A DNA stretch of 64,000 nucleotides from Octopus vulgaris (GCA_951406725.2 OX597816.1:35154001-35218000); one strand, 5' to 3'; counted from the stretch's first letter, positions 1 through 15,324 are shown. The notes: generated by a model from the letters alone, not told the origin. Translations and numbers: made by a program.

Positions 1-229
1 AGTGAATGGTAACAGCGTTCGCATTGTGCTTTTAAAGTTGATACTTAGATACATGCACACATTGTTCAATTAAAAGCGGGAGAAAGGAGAGACACAAAGG
101 AAGTGAAAGAGAAAGAGAGAAAGTGAGAGAATCAGTAGATCCAAAGAAAAGTTATAGATACATAAACACAGCAAATACTGGATGTCACTTTCACTGTTCA
201 TTAGCGCACGAAGATAAAATTAACTCGTA

Positions 230-372
230 GGTGGCTGAGTACTCCAGAGACATGCATACCATTAATGTAGCTCTCAGGGAGATTCAAACTCACACAGAAT
301 ATGATAAGGTTGGCTCCTTTGAATTACAGCTACAACTAATTTTGGCCAGCTGAGTGGATTGGAGTTACATAA
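230..372 (-). mobile_element. SINE body fragment
   Basis: Similar to 750-890 and to the reverse complement of the SINE body at about 55840-55945. Confidence 0.65.
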
Positions 373-677
373 ACTTTCAAATGGTTGGAAGAAGACGAAA
401 AAGATCCTATACGGGGCAGGAAAATGTTTTTTCGTCCTTAGGGTCAATATGAAGTGTTAACCCGGTCCTAACAGTGACATTCGTTGATCTCACCGATCTG
501 GAGGCAAAGCCTCCAGATAATCACCGATGTGCAGGCTGTTGTTATCAAACTGAGTGTGAGTCGAGTGCGAATACACAATGGAATAGGAATTATTTCGTCT
601 TAGCTTTCACTGCTTATACTAAACACATATTTTTGCCTTACAATATGGAACATTTCCTTTTCTTTCACTTAAAAATT

Positions 678-980
678 GGCACTCCCTCGGTTACGACGAT
701 GTGGTTCCTGTTTATCTGATTAACGATCAGTCTGTTGGTAAAATTAACGTGCATGTGGCTGGGTACTCTAGAGTCATGCATACCACAAGGTACTCCTCAG
801 GGAGATTCAGTCTCACACAGAATGTGACAAGGCTGGGCCCTTTGAATAACTTAAAATCTCATTTTCCAGCTGAGTGGACTGCAGCAAGGTGAAGTAGCGT
901 ACCTTGCTCAAAGACACAGCGCACCACTGGGAATCGTACTCATGACGTGGCCGAATACACCTAAGAACTGAGCAACCCAC
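678..980 (-). mobile_element. tRNA-derived SINE, degenerate
   Basis: Shares its 3' body with the 55659-56020 SINE in reverse orientation; degenerate tRNA-like head near 930-980. Confidence 0.65.
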
Positions 981-1482
981 CTGCACTCTTTTAACCGTAG
1001 AGAAATGGAGTGAAGCGATAGAGACAGTGAAAGGAAAGCCTCAGTCATTTACAATGACAATTAGATCGCTTTTTTTTCTAGCTTCTTTACCTTTAAGAAT
1101 GAAGAAGAGACAACGACATTTAGTAATGAATAGAGGGAAATACTTCCAGGTGTTTTCGCTTTTATTCTAGGAGTTCAAGAACAAGGATTGCTAGTTCTGT
1201 CTTATTTCCCTGATGCGTACTCGTCTTTCTTCATGGTTCTTCATGTATTTTAGTTGGCGGGGGGAGCCCATATATTTTTTTCAGGCACGTTTAACGCTTT
1301 CTCTACAAACTACAAAATACCCTCACCCTGCCTTCATTTTACATTCATACACAAACCAGTGCAAATTTCGAACGGGGAACAACTGTGAAAAGAGCCCAGA
1401 AAAATGAGTAATACCCCCTACAAAATGGGTGAGGGAAAAAGTTGCCAACAGATGGCTACAGGAAATTCAAATTCATACTTCA

Positions 1483-1812
1483 GAAAGTGTCTTCTAATAT
1501 AGCCTCGGGCCGACCAAAGCCTCGTGAATGAATTTGGCAGACTGAAACTGGAAGAAGACCCGTCATATATATATATATATATATAATATTTTTACGTATG
1601 TGTGTTTGTCGCTGTGTTTGTCATCCAAACACAACTATCTGACAATCGATGCTGGTGTGTTCGCGTCCTGTAACTTAGCCGTTCGGCAGAATAAACTGAT
1701 AGAATAAGCACGAGGCTTACAGGGAATAAATCCAGGGGTCAATTTCTTCGACTAATGGGCTGTGCTTCAGCATAACTACCGTCAAATTACTGATACAAGT
1801 AAAAGAATAAAA
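1483..1812 (+). mobile_element. 5'-truncated copy of the common tRNA-derived SINE
   Basis: Collinear with 49345-49675 and 56160-56450, including the internal (TA)/(TG) tract and the caagtaaaaga tail. Confidence 0.8.
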
Positions 1813-3089
1813 GACTAGCAGAAGTACCAGTAAACCAAGAAGGATCTTTGAATATGTACGAGGTATTCTAAGGCTAAATAGTAATTCTGTTTACGTTTGC
1901 ATAACTGAGATATGTTGGTTGGATTACATATATTTTTTTCGTTTCATATTTCTTTCTATATTCTTTAACTGTCCCAATATAGAAACGTCTCTCGTGGCAC
2001 CAGAACACAATTTACAGATGCTAACATGTTGTATATATTCCGTGAATTTTTTCACGTCACCAGTTAGTTCTAGAGTTAAAAAGCAATGCTACATTCGAAC
2101 GGAGAACTGATGTATATATAGGTTTTTGTCTCAGCTAATATATGTAATCATCCTGCAAAAATAACATACTCTGGAGGCGATATATATATGTTAATCACAG
2201 TGCAGACAGATGGGAGAGAATGAGAAAGCAGTTCCTTATCTATAATTGGAGACACATTAAGTAATATAAACTTTGTCTAAAAACAAGAAGTCTACTACTA
2301 ATTGAAATATTTTATTCACAAATTGCCATTAATATTTATTATTCATTTTTTGTAGATATATATTTTCTTTACTATGAGTGAGTGTTGAATGTCAATAGAA
2401 TATAAGTTTGAATTTAGTTTCTGACGTAGGAAAAAGAACGAATAATTTATTTTGCAATAACAATACATTTAAGATATAAATTACACAAATTGTACATCAT
2501 TCTTTACGAAGGTCAGAAGAACTATCATTCGAAATTCTTAAATCTAAATTATTTATTCATGATGAAAACATTACATTTTTTTCTGTAGCTTGGCGTATTA
2601 CATTTTCGTACATTCGTACATAAATCATTTTTTAATATTTACATGTATACCAAATTCAGATTTTGTTTGAGTCTGGAATTATTCATCTCTATAGATTTTA
2701 TTCATCATTCGCTAGCTGAAATAACTTTTGGTCCGCTATCTATTTTTGGAATCGCTAATAAATAAACGACAGTCCATTGTTAAAGAAATAAACAGCGCAC
2801 TAAGTTAGTGCAAACCTCCAATTTTACGACCAACTTTTAAATTAGGTTGTTACATAGATTACCCATGACCACCACCACCATATTTATACCATATATTAGT
2901 AAGACCAACTAGATTTATCACAAAGAAGAAATAGAGAATAGAGACCAGTATTTTGACAATATTTTGAAAGAATTAAGTTTTGCTAAATTTAATTTCGTCC
3001 CTTTGTAATACGTCAATTTTTTATGCATCCGTCTAACTATCCATCCGTCCATCCGTCCGTCCATCTATTCAGCCACCATTATTATCCAT

Positions 3090-3565
3090 CTACTATTTCA
3101 GAAATGTTTGTTCGGTTAGAATCTTCAAGCATTTCCCCCATAACGTTTTATCATCATCCTTCAACTAGCAGGACAGCTTTTGGTTCCATTACGAAGGGTT
3201 TCCAACTGAGACTATAGATATTATCCTATCATTAGGTTTGCAGTCTAATACTAGGTCTTCTACAGTTCGGCTCAGCTTTAAAATGCTGTCCTACGATTCC
3301 TTCCTGCAACATTCCAATGTAATATCCGTATTACTTGGACTGTGATTTCCCAAAATTAGTGAAGTAGAGACTCGACATGAAGAGATATCTTGATTTACTA
3401 ACAACGCATCCTACGAATAATGTTACATCGGAGATCCTGCTTAGAAACACTGTTTCAGCCTCCTGTATTTGCAATCGTACTCTCTTGTTTGGTACACAAC
3501 ATTCATGATCATAGGCGAGGAGAGGTGCGAAAACCAAATTGAAGACATTAATTGTTTCGGACACT
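3090..3565 (-). mobile_element. RTE-clade LINE, degenerate 3' ORF fragment
   Basis: VFNLVFAPLLAYDHECCVPNKRVRLQIQEAETVFLSRISDVT resembles the RTE post-RT motif (P-L-YG-E-W...R-IQA-EM-FLR-I-G-T). Confidence 0.7.
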
Positions 3566-3743
3566 TATTGAACAAAATACATATGTTCGTATATAATTTT
3601 GGATTATATCTTATATATCTTAATTAAATTCTATTCTTCTACTGGACACGGCATATTTTATTTAAATGCCTGAGTAATGGTTACTTATATATTTTCAATA
3701 TTTTCGTATAGCGCACATATTTTTAAAACGATAGAAATAATGG

Positions 3744-3779
<36 letters not shown>

Positions 3780-3845
3780 ATTTAGTATTTCTAAATTGAA
3801 TTTTTTATCCTTGTAAGTTTTGGATTTTATTCCCTCAAATATTAA

Positions 3846-3903
<58 letters not shown>

Positions 3904-4021
3904 GTTTGTATGTATGTATTAATAGTAAGGGTATGACAACAAAAGAATGAATGAGATCTCAATATTATGTAAATAGGAGAATTCATCTGTATTTATATGT
4001 AACACTTATTTGGCTGCCATC

Positions 4022-4080
4022 ATAAAACTCTGAGTTTCGGATGTCGAGGCGGGAATCTGTTCCGACATCGCGTCAGTTAT
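4022..4080 (-). ncRNA. Type I hammerhead ribozyme-like motif
   Basis: AUAA CUGACGC GAUGUCG-loop-CGACAUC C GAAA CUC A GAG UU/UUAU. Confidence 0.6.
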
Positions 4081-5405
4081 TACGACATTCAAAAAATTCT
4101 ATGAAAATGACTGTTAAACGAATGGAAATTACTATGTAAATGACCTTTATTAAGACAAACATAAGATATATTAGAATGACCGTTAAATAAAGGGAAAAAA
4201 CCCGAAGGGGAGCAAGTAAAAAGTAAAAACGCTCATAGAAATAGCATGTGCGCGCATGTACATACATACATATGCGCGTACGCACACCCATATACCTATA
4301 GGCATATGCTCACTCACACTCGCATGAAAAACATACATGCACACCCACACACACGCCTATATCTGCACATATATATATGCCACCATACACATGTACCCAT
4401 ATACATATCAGCGCACGCGCGCACACACACTCACACGTGCACTTAATCATACGCGCACAATTATATCCATATACACGTCTAAATACGCACATGCTATATA
4501 TGCATATGCTCACTCACACTCGCGTGAAGTACATGCAGGTACACCCACATATATATATGCAACCCTATACATTTACACATATAGATACCTGCACACACGC
4601 ACGAACTCACACGTATGTATACCCATACGCGCACGTTGCTTTACTAATAATAACAATTTCGGATTTAGCTGGGTTAATAAGCCTACATTTAGGATTAGAT
4701 AGTAAGTTCTTGTTATGGTCTTTAATATATATATTTTTACATATTTTTCTGTATTATTTTACATTACATCCTGCATTTTCCTTGTGCACGTGCGTATATA
4801 GACGCGTATATGAACATAGATGTGCGCCTATGGGTATATATACGTCTGAGTATGTGCGTGTGTGTGTGTATGTATACGTGTACATGTGTAGGGTTGCATA
4901 TAAATGTGGGTTTATATGCATGTGTTTCACGCGAGTGTGAGTGATCATATGCAAATACAGCATGTGCGTATTTAGACGAGTATATGAATATAATTGTGCG
5001 CGTATGAGTATGTGCACTTGTGTGTTTATGTGTGTGTGTGTGTATGTGCGGATATGTATATGTGTACATGTGTATGGTTGCATATATATGTGCACATATT
5101 GGGGTGTGCGTGTATGTATGTGTTTTACGCGAGTGTGAGTAAGCATATGTATATAGGTACGTGGGTGTGTGGGTGCGCAAATGTGTATGTATGTACAAGC
5201 ACGCATATGCGATTTCTATGAGCGTCTTGGTTTTTTACTTTCTCCCCCTTCGGGTTTTTTTCCTTTATTGAACGGCCATTCTAATATATCATCTGTTTGT
5301 CTTAATAACGGTCATTTACATAGTCATTTCCATTTGTTTAACGGTCATTTTCATAGTAATTTCACTTTGTTTAACAGTTATATTCCTAGCATCTTTTGAT
5401 TGTCC

Positions 5406-5468
5406 TAATAATCGACGAGATGCCGGGGCAGATTTCCGCCACGAAAGCCGAAACACGGTGTTTTATTA
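5406..5468 (+). ncRNA. Degenerate hammerhead-like motif (paralogue of 4022-4080)
   Basis: UAAUAA UCGACGA ... GAAA CAC G GUG UU/UUAUUA; compensatory change in stem III relative to the other copy. Confidence 0.5.
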
Positions 5469-5535
5469 TGCTAACCGAATAATAGTCACATATTATATTA
5501 CACACACACAGAGAGGCATATATATATATATATAT

Positions 5536-5619
5536 ATAGAATGGTTGTATACTGTCAATTTAACGTGACAGTAGGGCATTACACCACCACGTTAAATTGA
5601 CAGTATATAACCATTCTAT
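5536..5619. repeat. Short hairpin/palindrome, MITE-like
   Basis: atagaatggttgtatactgtcaatttaacgtg ... cacgttaaattgacagtatataaccattctat; about 32-bp arms with one mismatch. Confidence 0.85.
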
Positions 5620-6159
5620 CGGCCCACCACCGTACATATCTCTATGAGATATTTAGAAATTTAATATTTCTTCTGATACATATATATATATATATATATA
5701 TACATATGTATGTATATGTATATAAAGTACTAAATAGATACCTAAATTCAATGACTCAAGTAATGGTTTAATATATTTATATCTTAAGATAATGCAATGA
5801 TAGTGATATCAGATATATATAGTTCACCAAAACTGAAAATATCATTAGTCGATCTATGAGGAATAAAAAATCGTAAAACCTCAAGATATGTTTGATGATA
5901 TCTGTTTAATTTTCTTTTCGTTTTTTTTTTTTTTTTTTTTTTGTTTTTTTTTTGTTTTTTTGGTTTTTTTTCTTCAAGAACGTTTTTTTACAAAACACAC
6001 ATCTATTCCATGCGACCATAGACTACAGAACTTACATGAAGATGATGATGATGATGATGATGATGATGATATATCGATTATGCTCACTCTCTCTTTCTCC
6101 TTTCCCCTCTCTCTCTTTATGTGTTTGTGTGCGCACACGGTTTGTAAGTATGTGTGTGC

Positions 6160-6196
<37 letters not shown>

Positions 6197-6214
6197 TATG
6201 TCTATGCATGTATA

Positions 6215-6245
<31 letters not shown>

Positions 6246-6610
6246 GCCTCTCTGTATGTATGCGTACATGTGTGTAAAAATGTAAGCATGATCAGCTCAC
6301 CTTCACATGTGTATCTTTCTACTTTTTGCTGTGTTTAAGACTACATACAATTTTGTGTCACGTTCACCCATTTCGTTGCCATGAGAATAATGTTCAAGTA
6401 TTACAAAGAGAAAGAATCAAAGAATGTTCGTATTTTAATGTTTTATAAATTTCCGATATATGCAACTCATTTTAAAAGATTTTACTTTTGCATATTTCAA
6501 AGATATTTCTACTTTTATTTTATTCTAATTTTCTTATAATTGTATAAATGTTAGTTCACTGATGTTTTTGTCCTTCAAAAACTTTCAAGAACTTACAATA
6601 CTTTTTTTTT

Positions 6611-7880
<1,270 letters not shown>

Positions 7881-8359
7881 TGAAAAGAAAAAAGTTAACT
7901 CGCAGTTTTATCGCATGCAGCTGTGTATCGTTAAGCAGCTAGAGGAGATGTCTTCTTGAAGTTAAAAAGTTGCAGTTGCGTCCGCTTGAAAGACAGCCAT
8001 GTTAAAGTGGGTACGAATATTATTTGAAAGTAAAACTACTGCGTTGATCTCTTGAAATATATATATATATTGCGTGCGGAAGCGAGCTGCTACCATCTCT
8101 AGCAGATTCGGATTGTTTGCGTCTTAATATGCTGTTACCAAAGTTATGTGAGTTCGATCCGTGTGTTTCTGTCTGGTATTGTGATATTTTTGTGTATTTT
8201 GCTTTGAACTAAACTGTTGTTCTTCGTCGAACATTAATTTTAGCCCTACGGGGCAGAAAATTCTATTTTGAAATTATTGTAGGGGAGAAAATTATTGCTG
8301 AACTGCTTTTCTTTACCCGTTGCTGGGTCGTGAATTTATTTTGTGATTTTTTGGCAATT

Positions 8360-8890
8360 TAAAAAAAAGTATATGATGGAATATAATATTGCATCTAAAG
8401 GAGATTTTCCCGCGATGGGAAAAGGTACTACCACTGAAAATGTAGGTGAAACGGACTTACAGGAAAAGGAAAGACGCAGTTTTCTGCCGCTGTAGGGGGC
8501 AATGAGTATGGAAATGGAGGTAAAAATAGAGCAACTATTTAAGTTTCGTAACTTAATCAGGAAAAGTGGTAGCGACACAAAACTACTGCCTCCTCCAGAG
8601 ACAGTACAAACGATAAATGCGCGAACAGTTGTGTATAAAATTTACAACGTCAAAGAAAAAAGAATTATGGACGCCAGTAATGACGTCGTTGAAAGATGCT
8701 TGGCCACTATATGGAATAAAGGAACCTACGTTAGCCGTGGAATGAGAAGCGCAAGAATGAAAGCGCAGTTCGAAACGGCTAAGTTAGCAAGGGAGGTCTC
8801 CAAAACAACCTGAAGAAACGAGGAAATGATTCTGTTACCCATATACTTGGGTCACAGAACGGCGAAATTTACAGTAGATGATGTCTTCTC
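8360..8890 (+). mobile_element. Possible degenerate LINE ORF1-like fragment
   Basis: Broken coding-like frame (ORF 8502..8813) with no splice context; family not recognised. Confidence 0.35.
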
Positions 8891-8894
8891 GTAA

Positions 8895-10240
8895 AAGAGC
8901 TTCTACGATATTTATTGCTCCTCCTTTTATGTCTGTGTATACGGCTGCCTCGTTGCGGTTAGATGTTTTGTTTATTCTTCTCTCAGTTATTCTTTTCCGA
9001 TAACGGGGATTTCACTGACGACTTTTAGCTCCTGCTTGAGGATAATCAGTTTGCAAACATCATTTCTATCTCCTCCTTTACTTTTTGTTGTTGGCACGTA
9101 TAGAGATCTGCTTGTTGGCACGCAATAAGCTTCGTTACATGACTGATGGCCTTCCGTAACCCAATTATCTTGTTCTCCGTCTTCAAAACCCATGATAGTT
9201 ATTTCGGTGTTGCTTACTTTATGAATATCATGTATATGACATCGTAGTAATATTATAAAGTACCTCCCTTGTGTGGACCTCGCTTCTGCTGTCTCTTTCT
9301 CTCAGGTAGAGCAAAGGCAAATAGTTACTTAGTGGATCAAGACTTCATATTCCCTCGGTTTTACTTCGCTGTAATTAGTAATGAAAGCAAAGCAGGAATG
9401 AAGAATGCATCTTTTGTCGCAGAAGTAGCCAGAGTATATAGACATGTGTTAATCTACCAGTATGTGGGTTCATTACACTGCTGCAAATACTTATCACCGG
9501 TTTCGTTAACAGCTTTTAATACGGTATCTTTTGTTGACAATTCTCTCTCCTTGAGAGAGTACTTCAAAGTCAAATTTACTTTTTCTCGAAAAATTTCAGT
9601 AAGTGTACATTTCACCGATATATAATTCTGACTGCCACCACTACTACAATAATCATTGTGGTTGTGTCTGCTATTTACCGTACTCGTAGTCGTGGTCAGT
9701 TACTTGAGCCAGTAATATAGTTTGGCTGGCAGGCACTATAGAATCTGCTGGAATGTCGCAAGCTGCAAAACCATGAGGTCAACTTATATTTCACTCACGT
9801 TTGCGTTTTTGTTTTTAGAGTAGGGAAGATGGTTAACTTTCGATTTTTTACAGTTACTAACCCTCTTCTACAAATGTTGCTGGTTGGCGTAGTTGCTTAG
9901 CAGTAAAATGATTTAATTCTGGATGCAGATCGAAATATGATTTCAATCGATTCATAAAGCCAACAGTAGAATTTTGTTTCGCTTTTTAATTTTTGTAGCA
10001 GTTAAATAGATTAGTATTCTATTCATAACTGCAAGACAAATGATTTTTTTTTTAAATTTCGGTTTCTTCTATAACTACAGCTAGTAAGGATTCCTTTACT
10101 ATAGAGCTGATGTTTTCGTTCTGTTCCTCGGTTGTGTTGTTGTTGATATTGGGACCAGCCATGTTGTTTATAGTAACTCGCTGCATGCTAGATTCAAGTT
10201 TCAGTGGAAAACCACTACGATCGTGAATAAAAGGCTACCT
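8895..10240 (-). mobile_element. Degenerate interspersed repeat, probably LINE 5'/ORF1 region
   Basis: Homologous in reverse orientation to 60880-61975 (antisense translations RHVLIYQYVGS and RQVLICQYVGS align). Confidence 0.6.
9243..9408 (+). repeat. ~165-bp dispersed repeat, copy 1
   Basis: Highly similar reverse-complement copy at 11750-11916; absent from the homologous 61.7-kb copy, so a secondary insertion. Confidence 0.8.
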
Positions 10241-10319
10241 TAGTTAATTAATCTGAGTATTAACCAGATCTTTAACAAGGCTGAGAGTTGTTGTATGTAA
10301 GTACGTGTGTATGTGTGTA

Positions 10320-10367
<48 letters not shown>

Positions 10368-10432
10368 TGTATGTATATGAGTGTGTGTATTATGTATTTG
10401 TATGAGTACATATATATGTATATATATATATT

Positions 10433-10463
<31 letters not shown>

Positions 10464-10473
10464 ATATATATAC

Positions 10474-10508
<35 letters not shown>

Positions 10509-11129
10509 CATACATCCAATACTTATGGAGTAAATTACAGATCTATTGTAGAATTCACCTCATAAAGCTGAAACTTGTCTCTATTGTATTAACACACACG
10601 CGCGCGAATTTACTCACGCACACACGCCCACACGCACACACACACACACATATATATATATTATTATAATTAATATTTCTCAAAATATTTTTTAAAACAA
10701 CGTTCTGAAGGTGATCTAAAATTATTGAAATTGAAAGTCAACATATGAAATATATCCAGTACACGGACGCCTACATAAACAAAGCTAAGTAGGATTTCAC
10801 TCTAAGACATTTCTGTATTCAGTTAATTGTGCTGTCAGCGGATAACGAATACACTATAAATTTTAAAAAATGTATACGTAAGAATTCTACTTTACGACAA
10901 TTATGATCATAGAGAAATATAATTGAAGAAGGGCTATTTTAGTATTCAACTATTGGGGAGGTCACTGGAAACCTAAAGAATGAAGCATATGCATAAGAAT
11001 TCTACGTTATGATGCTTAGAAACAGGGTTCTTTTGTCAAAATGGACCAAATCATGAATGGATAGGACTAACGCGCTTGCTGAACCAGCTAGTCTATCAGG
11101 TCTTTCAAGACCAAAATTCCAGGAAAACC

Positions 11130-11450
11130 CACGAAAGTAGTTTTGTTTAATCAGGCAATGTTCCAGAACACACACTTCGTTTCAGTGGCTGCCGTATATG
11201 AATGTAGCTCTATCTCGATTTGGACCAACCTTCCTACCATCAATTTCCCAACATGACTAAACACTTGGCTGGGTACCAGTATCACTGTGATGAGGACGTA
11301 ATATCTGCCGTTGATGACTTTTTTGACCAACAGAATGAAGGATTCTTCATTAATGGGAACCAGACACTTCAATACCTCTGGAATAATAAGTTCGTCGACC
11401 ACATGGGGACCTTAGTGCGAAAAATAAATCTCATTTGGTCACATTCGATA
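11130..11450 (+). pseudogene. Mariner transposase C-terminal remnant
   Basis: PSYHQFPNMTKHLAG...DEDVISAVDDFFDQQNEGFF...W-KFVD matches the region after the mariner YSPDLAPSDY-LF motif. Confidence 0.75.
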
Positions 11451-11503
11451 AGCCTCTTGATTTATGTATATTTATATGAAGCATAAAAAGATTATAGAAT
11501 AAT

Positions 11504-11707
11504 GTTACGGAGATATACTTGCATAGCAAGTGATTTGACCTGAGATCGTGTGCTGAAACGAAAACAATTGCAGCGTGGAAGGTGTTTGGAAGCCATTTAA
11601 GAAACACACAAAAGCCGTTCGATTCACTTCAACATTTAAGTTTAATTTGTCAAAATATTTTCGTCGATTTAAGACCGCGACCTGTTCCCAGACAAAAATC
11701 CGTGCTA
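11504..11707 (-). mobile_element. ~200-bp dispersed repeat with an HHR-like fold (copy 1)
   Basis: Direct-repeat homologue at 23132-23331. Confidence 0.8.
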
Positions 11708-11749
11708 AAGAAGAATAATGAGAGCAACAAACTTATATAGAGGTATGAC

Positions 11750-11916
11750 ACATTCTTCATTCCAGCTTTGCTTTCATTACTAATTACAGCGAAGTAATAG
11801 CGAGGGAATATGAAGTCTTGAGCCAATAAGAAACTATTTGCCTTTGCTCTACCTGAGAGAAAAAGACAGCAGAAGCGAGGTCCGCACAAGGAAGGTACTT
11901 TATAATATTACTACGA
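11750..11916 (-). repeat. ~165-bp dispersed repeat, copy 2
   Basis: Same spurious ORF MCGPRFCCLFLSGRAKANS as 9269..9625. Confidence 0.8.
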
Positions 11917-12329
11917 AGTCATTAACATTTGAACTTAGGTCGCTTGGTGTTAGAAGGAAGACAGCAACGTAACGTTTTCCAGTTTCCAAAGATGCTACTA
12001 ATAAACTGCCAGTGTAGCAAATTGCTATCAAACATCATACCAACTCGGATAAGTAGTTACGATATATAACTTATACTGTTGATAAAACTTCACAGCCAAC
12101 GTTAATTGGAAATGCGTACGTACACACACACACGCAAATATTTGTGTGTGTGTGTGTTTATATATGTATATATGTATGTATATATATATGCACACACGCA
12201 TACACATACACACTTACGTACTTATGTACATACATACACATACGCATACATAATGAATACATATATGTGTATATATGTATGTGTGTATATATATATGTAT
12301 ATACATATGTATATATATAAATATATATA

Positions 12330-12448
<119 letters not shown>

Positions 12449-13767
12449 TCACGCATACACATATTTACGTACTTATGTACATACATACACACATACATAC
12501 ATACATAATGAATACTGACAGATATATAAATGAAATAATAATATAAATGGAAAATGAATTTTGTTTCCCAGTATCGCAACGTGATGTCTACACTTTTCGT
12601 GTTGTTTTGACTTCATTTAAGACAATATGAAACCTAGCATAAGTTATACATTTAATTTTATTCCAGCAAATGAATAGAATTTTCTCTTTGATCACAAACT
12701 AATTTCAGGTTTCATTACCTTTGATGCAAGATTCATTAGTTAAATTTTTATATAATATGCTATATTGCAGACGTTGCGTATTGGAATGTTTGTTGTATAT
12801 TTGGAGGAGTAAACTACTGTATAACTTATATCGCTTTACATCATAAGTTCAAGTCAGTATAATATTGGACTCTTTTTTATTACTTGAACTAATGAAATTG
12901 ATACGACGAGTAATATGGTCCGATTAAAACGAGTTATAAATTGCACCACTTGCAACATTTGCAAATAAAGGAATTATATTTTTCTCTCAACAACCAGAGA
13001 TCGTTATTAAACAAATCTACATTAGGAATTTGGCAAATAAATATAAGATGATGAAAAATATCGATCTAATGTCAAAATATTGTAATCAAAAGCTGGCAAA
13101 ATAAAGATGGATAATCAGAAATGTAAATATTTTCAAGCTTCCCACTAAATCGCAATAAGTATTGACTTTGCAATCAACAAGTTTGCTGTTTACCCTGTCA
13201 AAATCGTCATTACCATCATCATTATACTCAATCTTACTGTCAGTCTGATTGCACTGGTGAACCCTAGATAGTGTGCAGTTATTTGCCTCCGGGTGCATTT
13301 TTATTTAGTGAAACATCCCGACAAGTATCTATAAGTTCCGCTTTAATAGATATCGAATATATTTCAAAAATTTACAATATGAAATCACGTGATGTATTTC
13401 ATGTGGTGTGTGATGCGGATATTTATGCTTCGGACGGTACATACTTCATAATACTAGCCAGTAAAGTGTATGTGTGTGCCTGCGTAAATCAGATGGGTAG
13501 GTTCGATTTTTAGTGCTCTCAAATTTAAATTTAATGAAAACTTGTGCTTATGAAAAGAATATTGGAATAAGGTTGTCTAATTAACCCAGAAATGCGTTCA
13601 AAAGTAATATTTCGAGTCAACTTTCGTTATTTTCCCCTCTATACCGACGTGTAATGTTTTCGAGTATACATTGTCTAGGAGACTCTTCTGAAAGCAGAAG
13701 AAATAGCTAAATTTTTTGGCTGCTATTTCTAAAAGTTCGGTGTGTTGTAATTTTTTTGGCTGAACCC

Positions 13768-13830
<63 letters not shown>

Positions 13831-14279
13831 CATACAGTAAAAGAGAACAGGTATTGAGCGAGCCAAACACTTCGCGTGTCTCCAAACACACTCTATTGTG
13901 TGTTTATAAAGGCGATTGAGAACAGATTGGAGGTGGTGTTATAATTGTACTGAGAATTATTCTGAGCATGTGCACAACTTGAGCAAAGATTGCTTCAAGA
14001 GTTCCCAATGACGAATATCACAAAAGAAGTGTTGTTGGCAGCAATGAGATCGTAGAGCTCCCTACCTCAAGTCCAAGGATACGTTTGCTTCTGGTAACCT
14101 CTGAAGAAAGCTGGATTTACTGTCAATCGCCTATTTCGACAGCAAGGGCATCATACACAGCGTGCGCAAGATATTTGAGGACACACGTTTATAAAAATAA
14201 AACATATATAATAACAGATAATAACTTCATGTATCAAAAAATATTTTGAGGATAAAAATAAACCTTCTTTTCTATAATG

Positions 14280-14489
14280 TTATTCTTTAAAGCCACCTTC
14301 AGTTTCAACAACTGCTTCTATATGAAATCTAAATTATCTACATGATCAAATCAAGTGGTCCTGGTTCATTTTGGACATTACTCTGACTATGGTAGCTTTG
14401 AAAGTATTTTTTGTGTTCTGGGCGTGTTCATTGAACTATCTCTCTCTCTCTCTCTCACACACACGCACGCACGCACACACACACACACA

Positions 14490-14542
<53 letters not shown>

Positions 14543-15324
14543 CAACAACAACAACAACAACAACACTTCACATGTAATAGTCCAATGGATTGTGATCTAG
14601 GGAATTAGGAATCCGAATGTCAGGGGTTATGTGATTATGAACATTTTCAGCCAGATATTCCTATGTTACTAGAACGATGGGCGATAGTGCAATTGCATAC
14701 ACTGTCTATCCATGGCTTAACACTTATTTCTAGGACCTTAGTGAGGGCAGCAGGGTTAACTCTACGGCCTTGTGGTAAGAAGTAAGGAGGCATCGCATGT
14801 CCTTCATTGCTGACAACCCCTAACACCATGATAGTTGCACGAAATTTTGTATGCATAACCTTTGGAACTTCAGAAGGGTCTCCACAAAACCATCCGTCTT
14901 TTCTTCTGTTAACTTTTAGATCACGCTTGAGAAAAACCAAATCAAATCTTCTGTTGCATTTTTCAGTTTGTTTAAGAGCCTATTAGATCTGATGTAGTGA
15001 ACTTGCCGGATAATTTCATGCCTTCTAATGATTTCAGAGCAGTTAGAAATCCTTTTTATGTTTTGATACTGGCGACACGTTTCGATCTTCAGTCTCTAGT
15101 TCCTTACAAACTTTGTTGACCAAACATCGAGCAACTTTTAAAAACGAGATATTTCTAAATCGCTATGCTCAACTTTTATAACCAGAGTAAAATCATGCTT
15201 CTTCATTTCTTCAGTAAGCTGAGGAGCTGCCATTATTATTTTCTGAAACAAAGATTATACAGAGTTAGCAACAAAAGCACCAATGCTCTATAAAGGTATG
15301 TCCTCTAATACCTTAATCACCCTG
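14280..15324 (-). pseudogene. Tc1/mariner superfamily (maT/DD37D-like) transposon remnant
   Basis: TKFRATIMVLGVVSNEGHAMPPYF...KVLEISVKPWI, C-terminal FRFHIEAVVETEGGF, and a TA|CAGGGTG terminus at 15324. Interrupted by microsatellites at 14440-14565. Confidence 0.75.

Larger units (their letters stand above)
3990..5485. repeat. Diverged ~650-bp inverted repeat of a PLE-terminus-like unit with an HHR-like motif at each outer end
   Basis: About 4000-4637 is the reverse complement of about 4785-5485 (for example aaatgactgttaaac versus gtttaacggtcattt); spacer about 150 bp. Confidence 0.85.

Noticed and set aside
4240-5210. CRISPR-like or protein-coding periodicity (recurring cactcacactcgcgtga)
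   Set aside because: Degenerate low-complexity subrepeats in a eukaryotic TE; no unique spacers or cas genes.
10244-10565. Numerous ORFs rich in YI, HT or CV dipeptides (here and throughout)
   Set aside because: Translations of (TA)n, (CA)n and (TG)n microsatellites, which lack stop codons; not genes.
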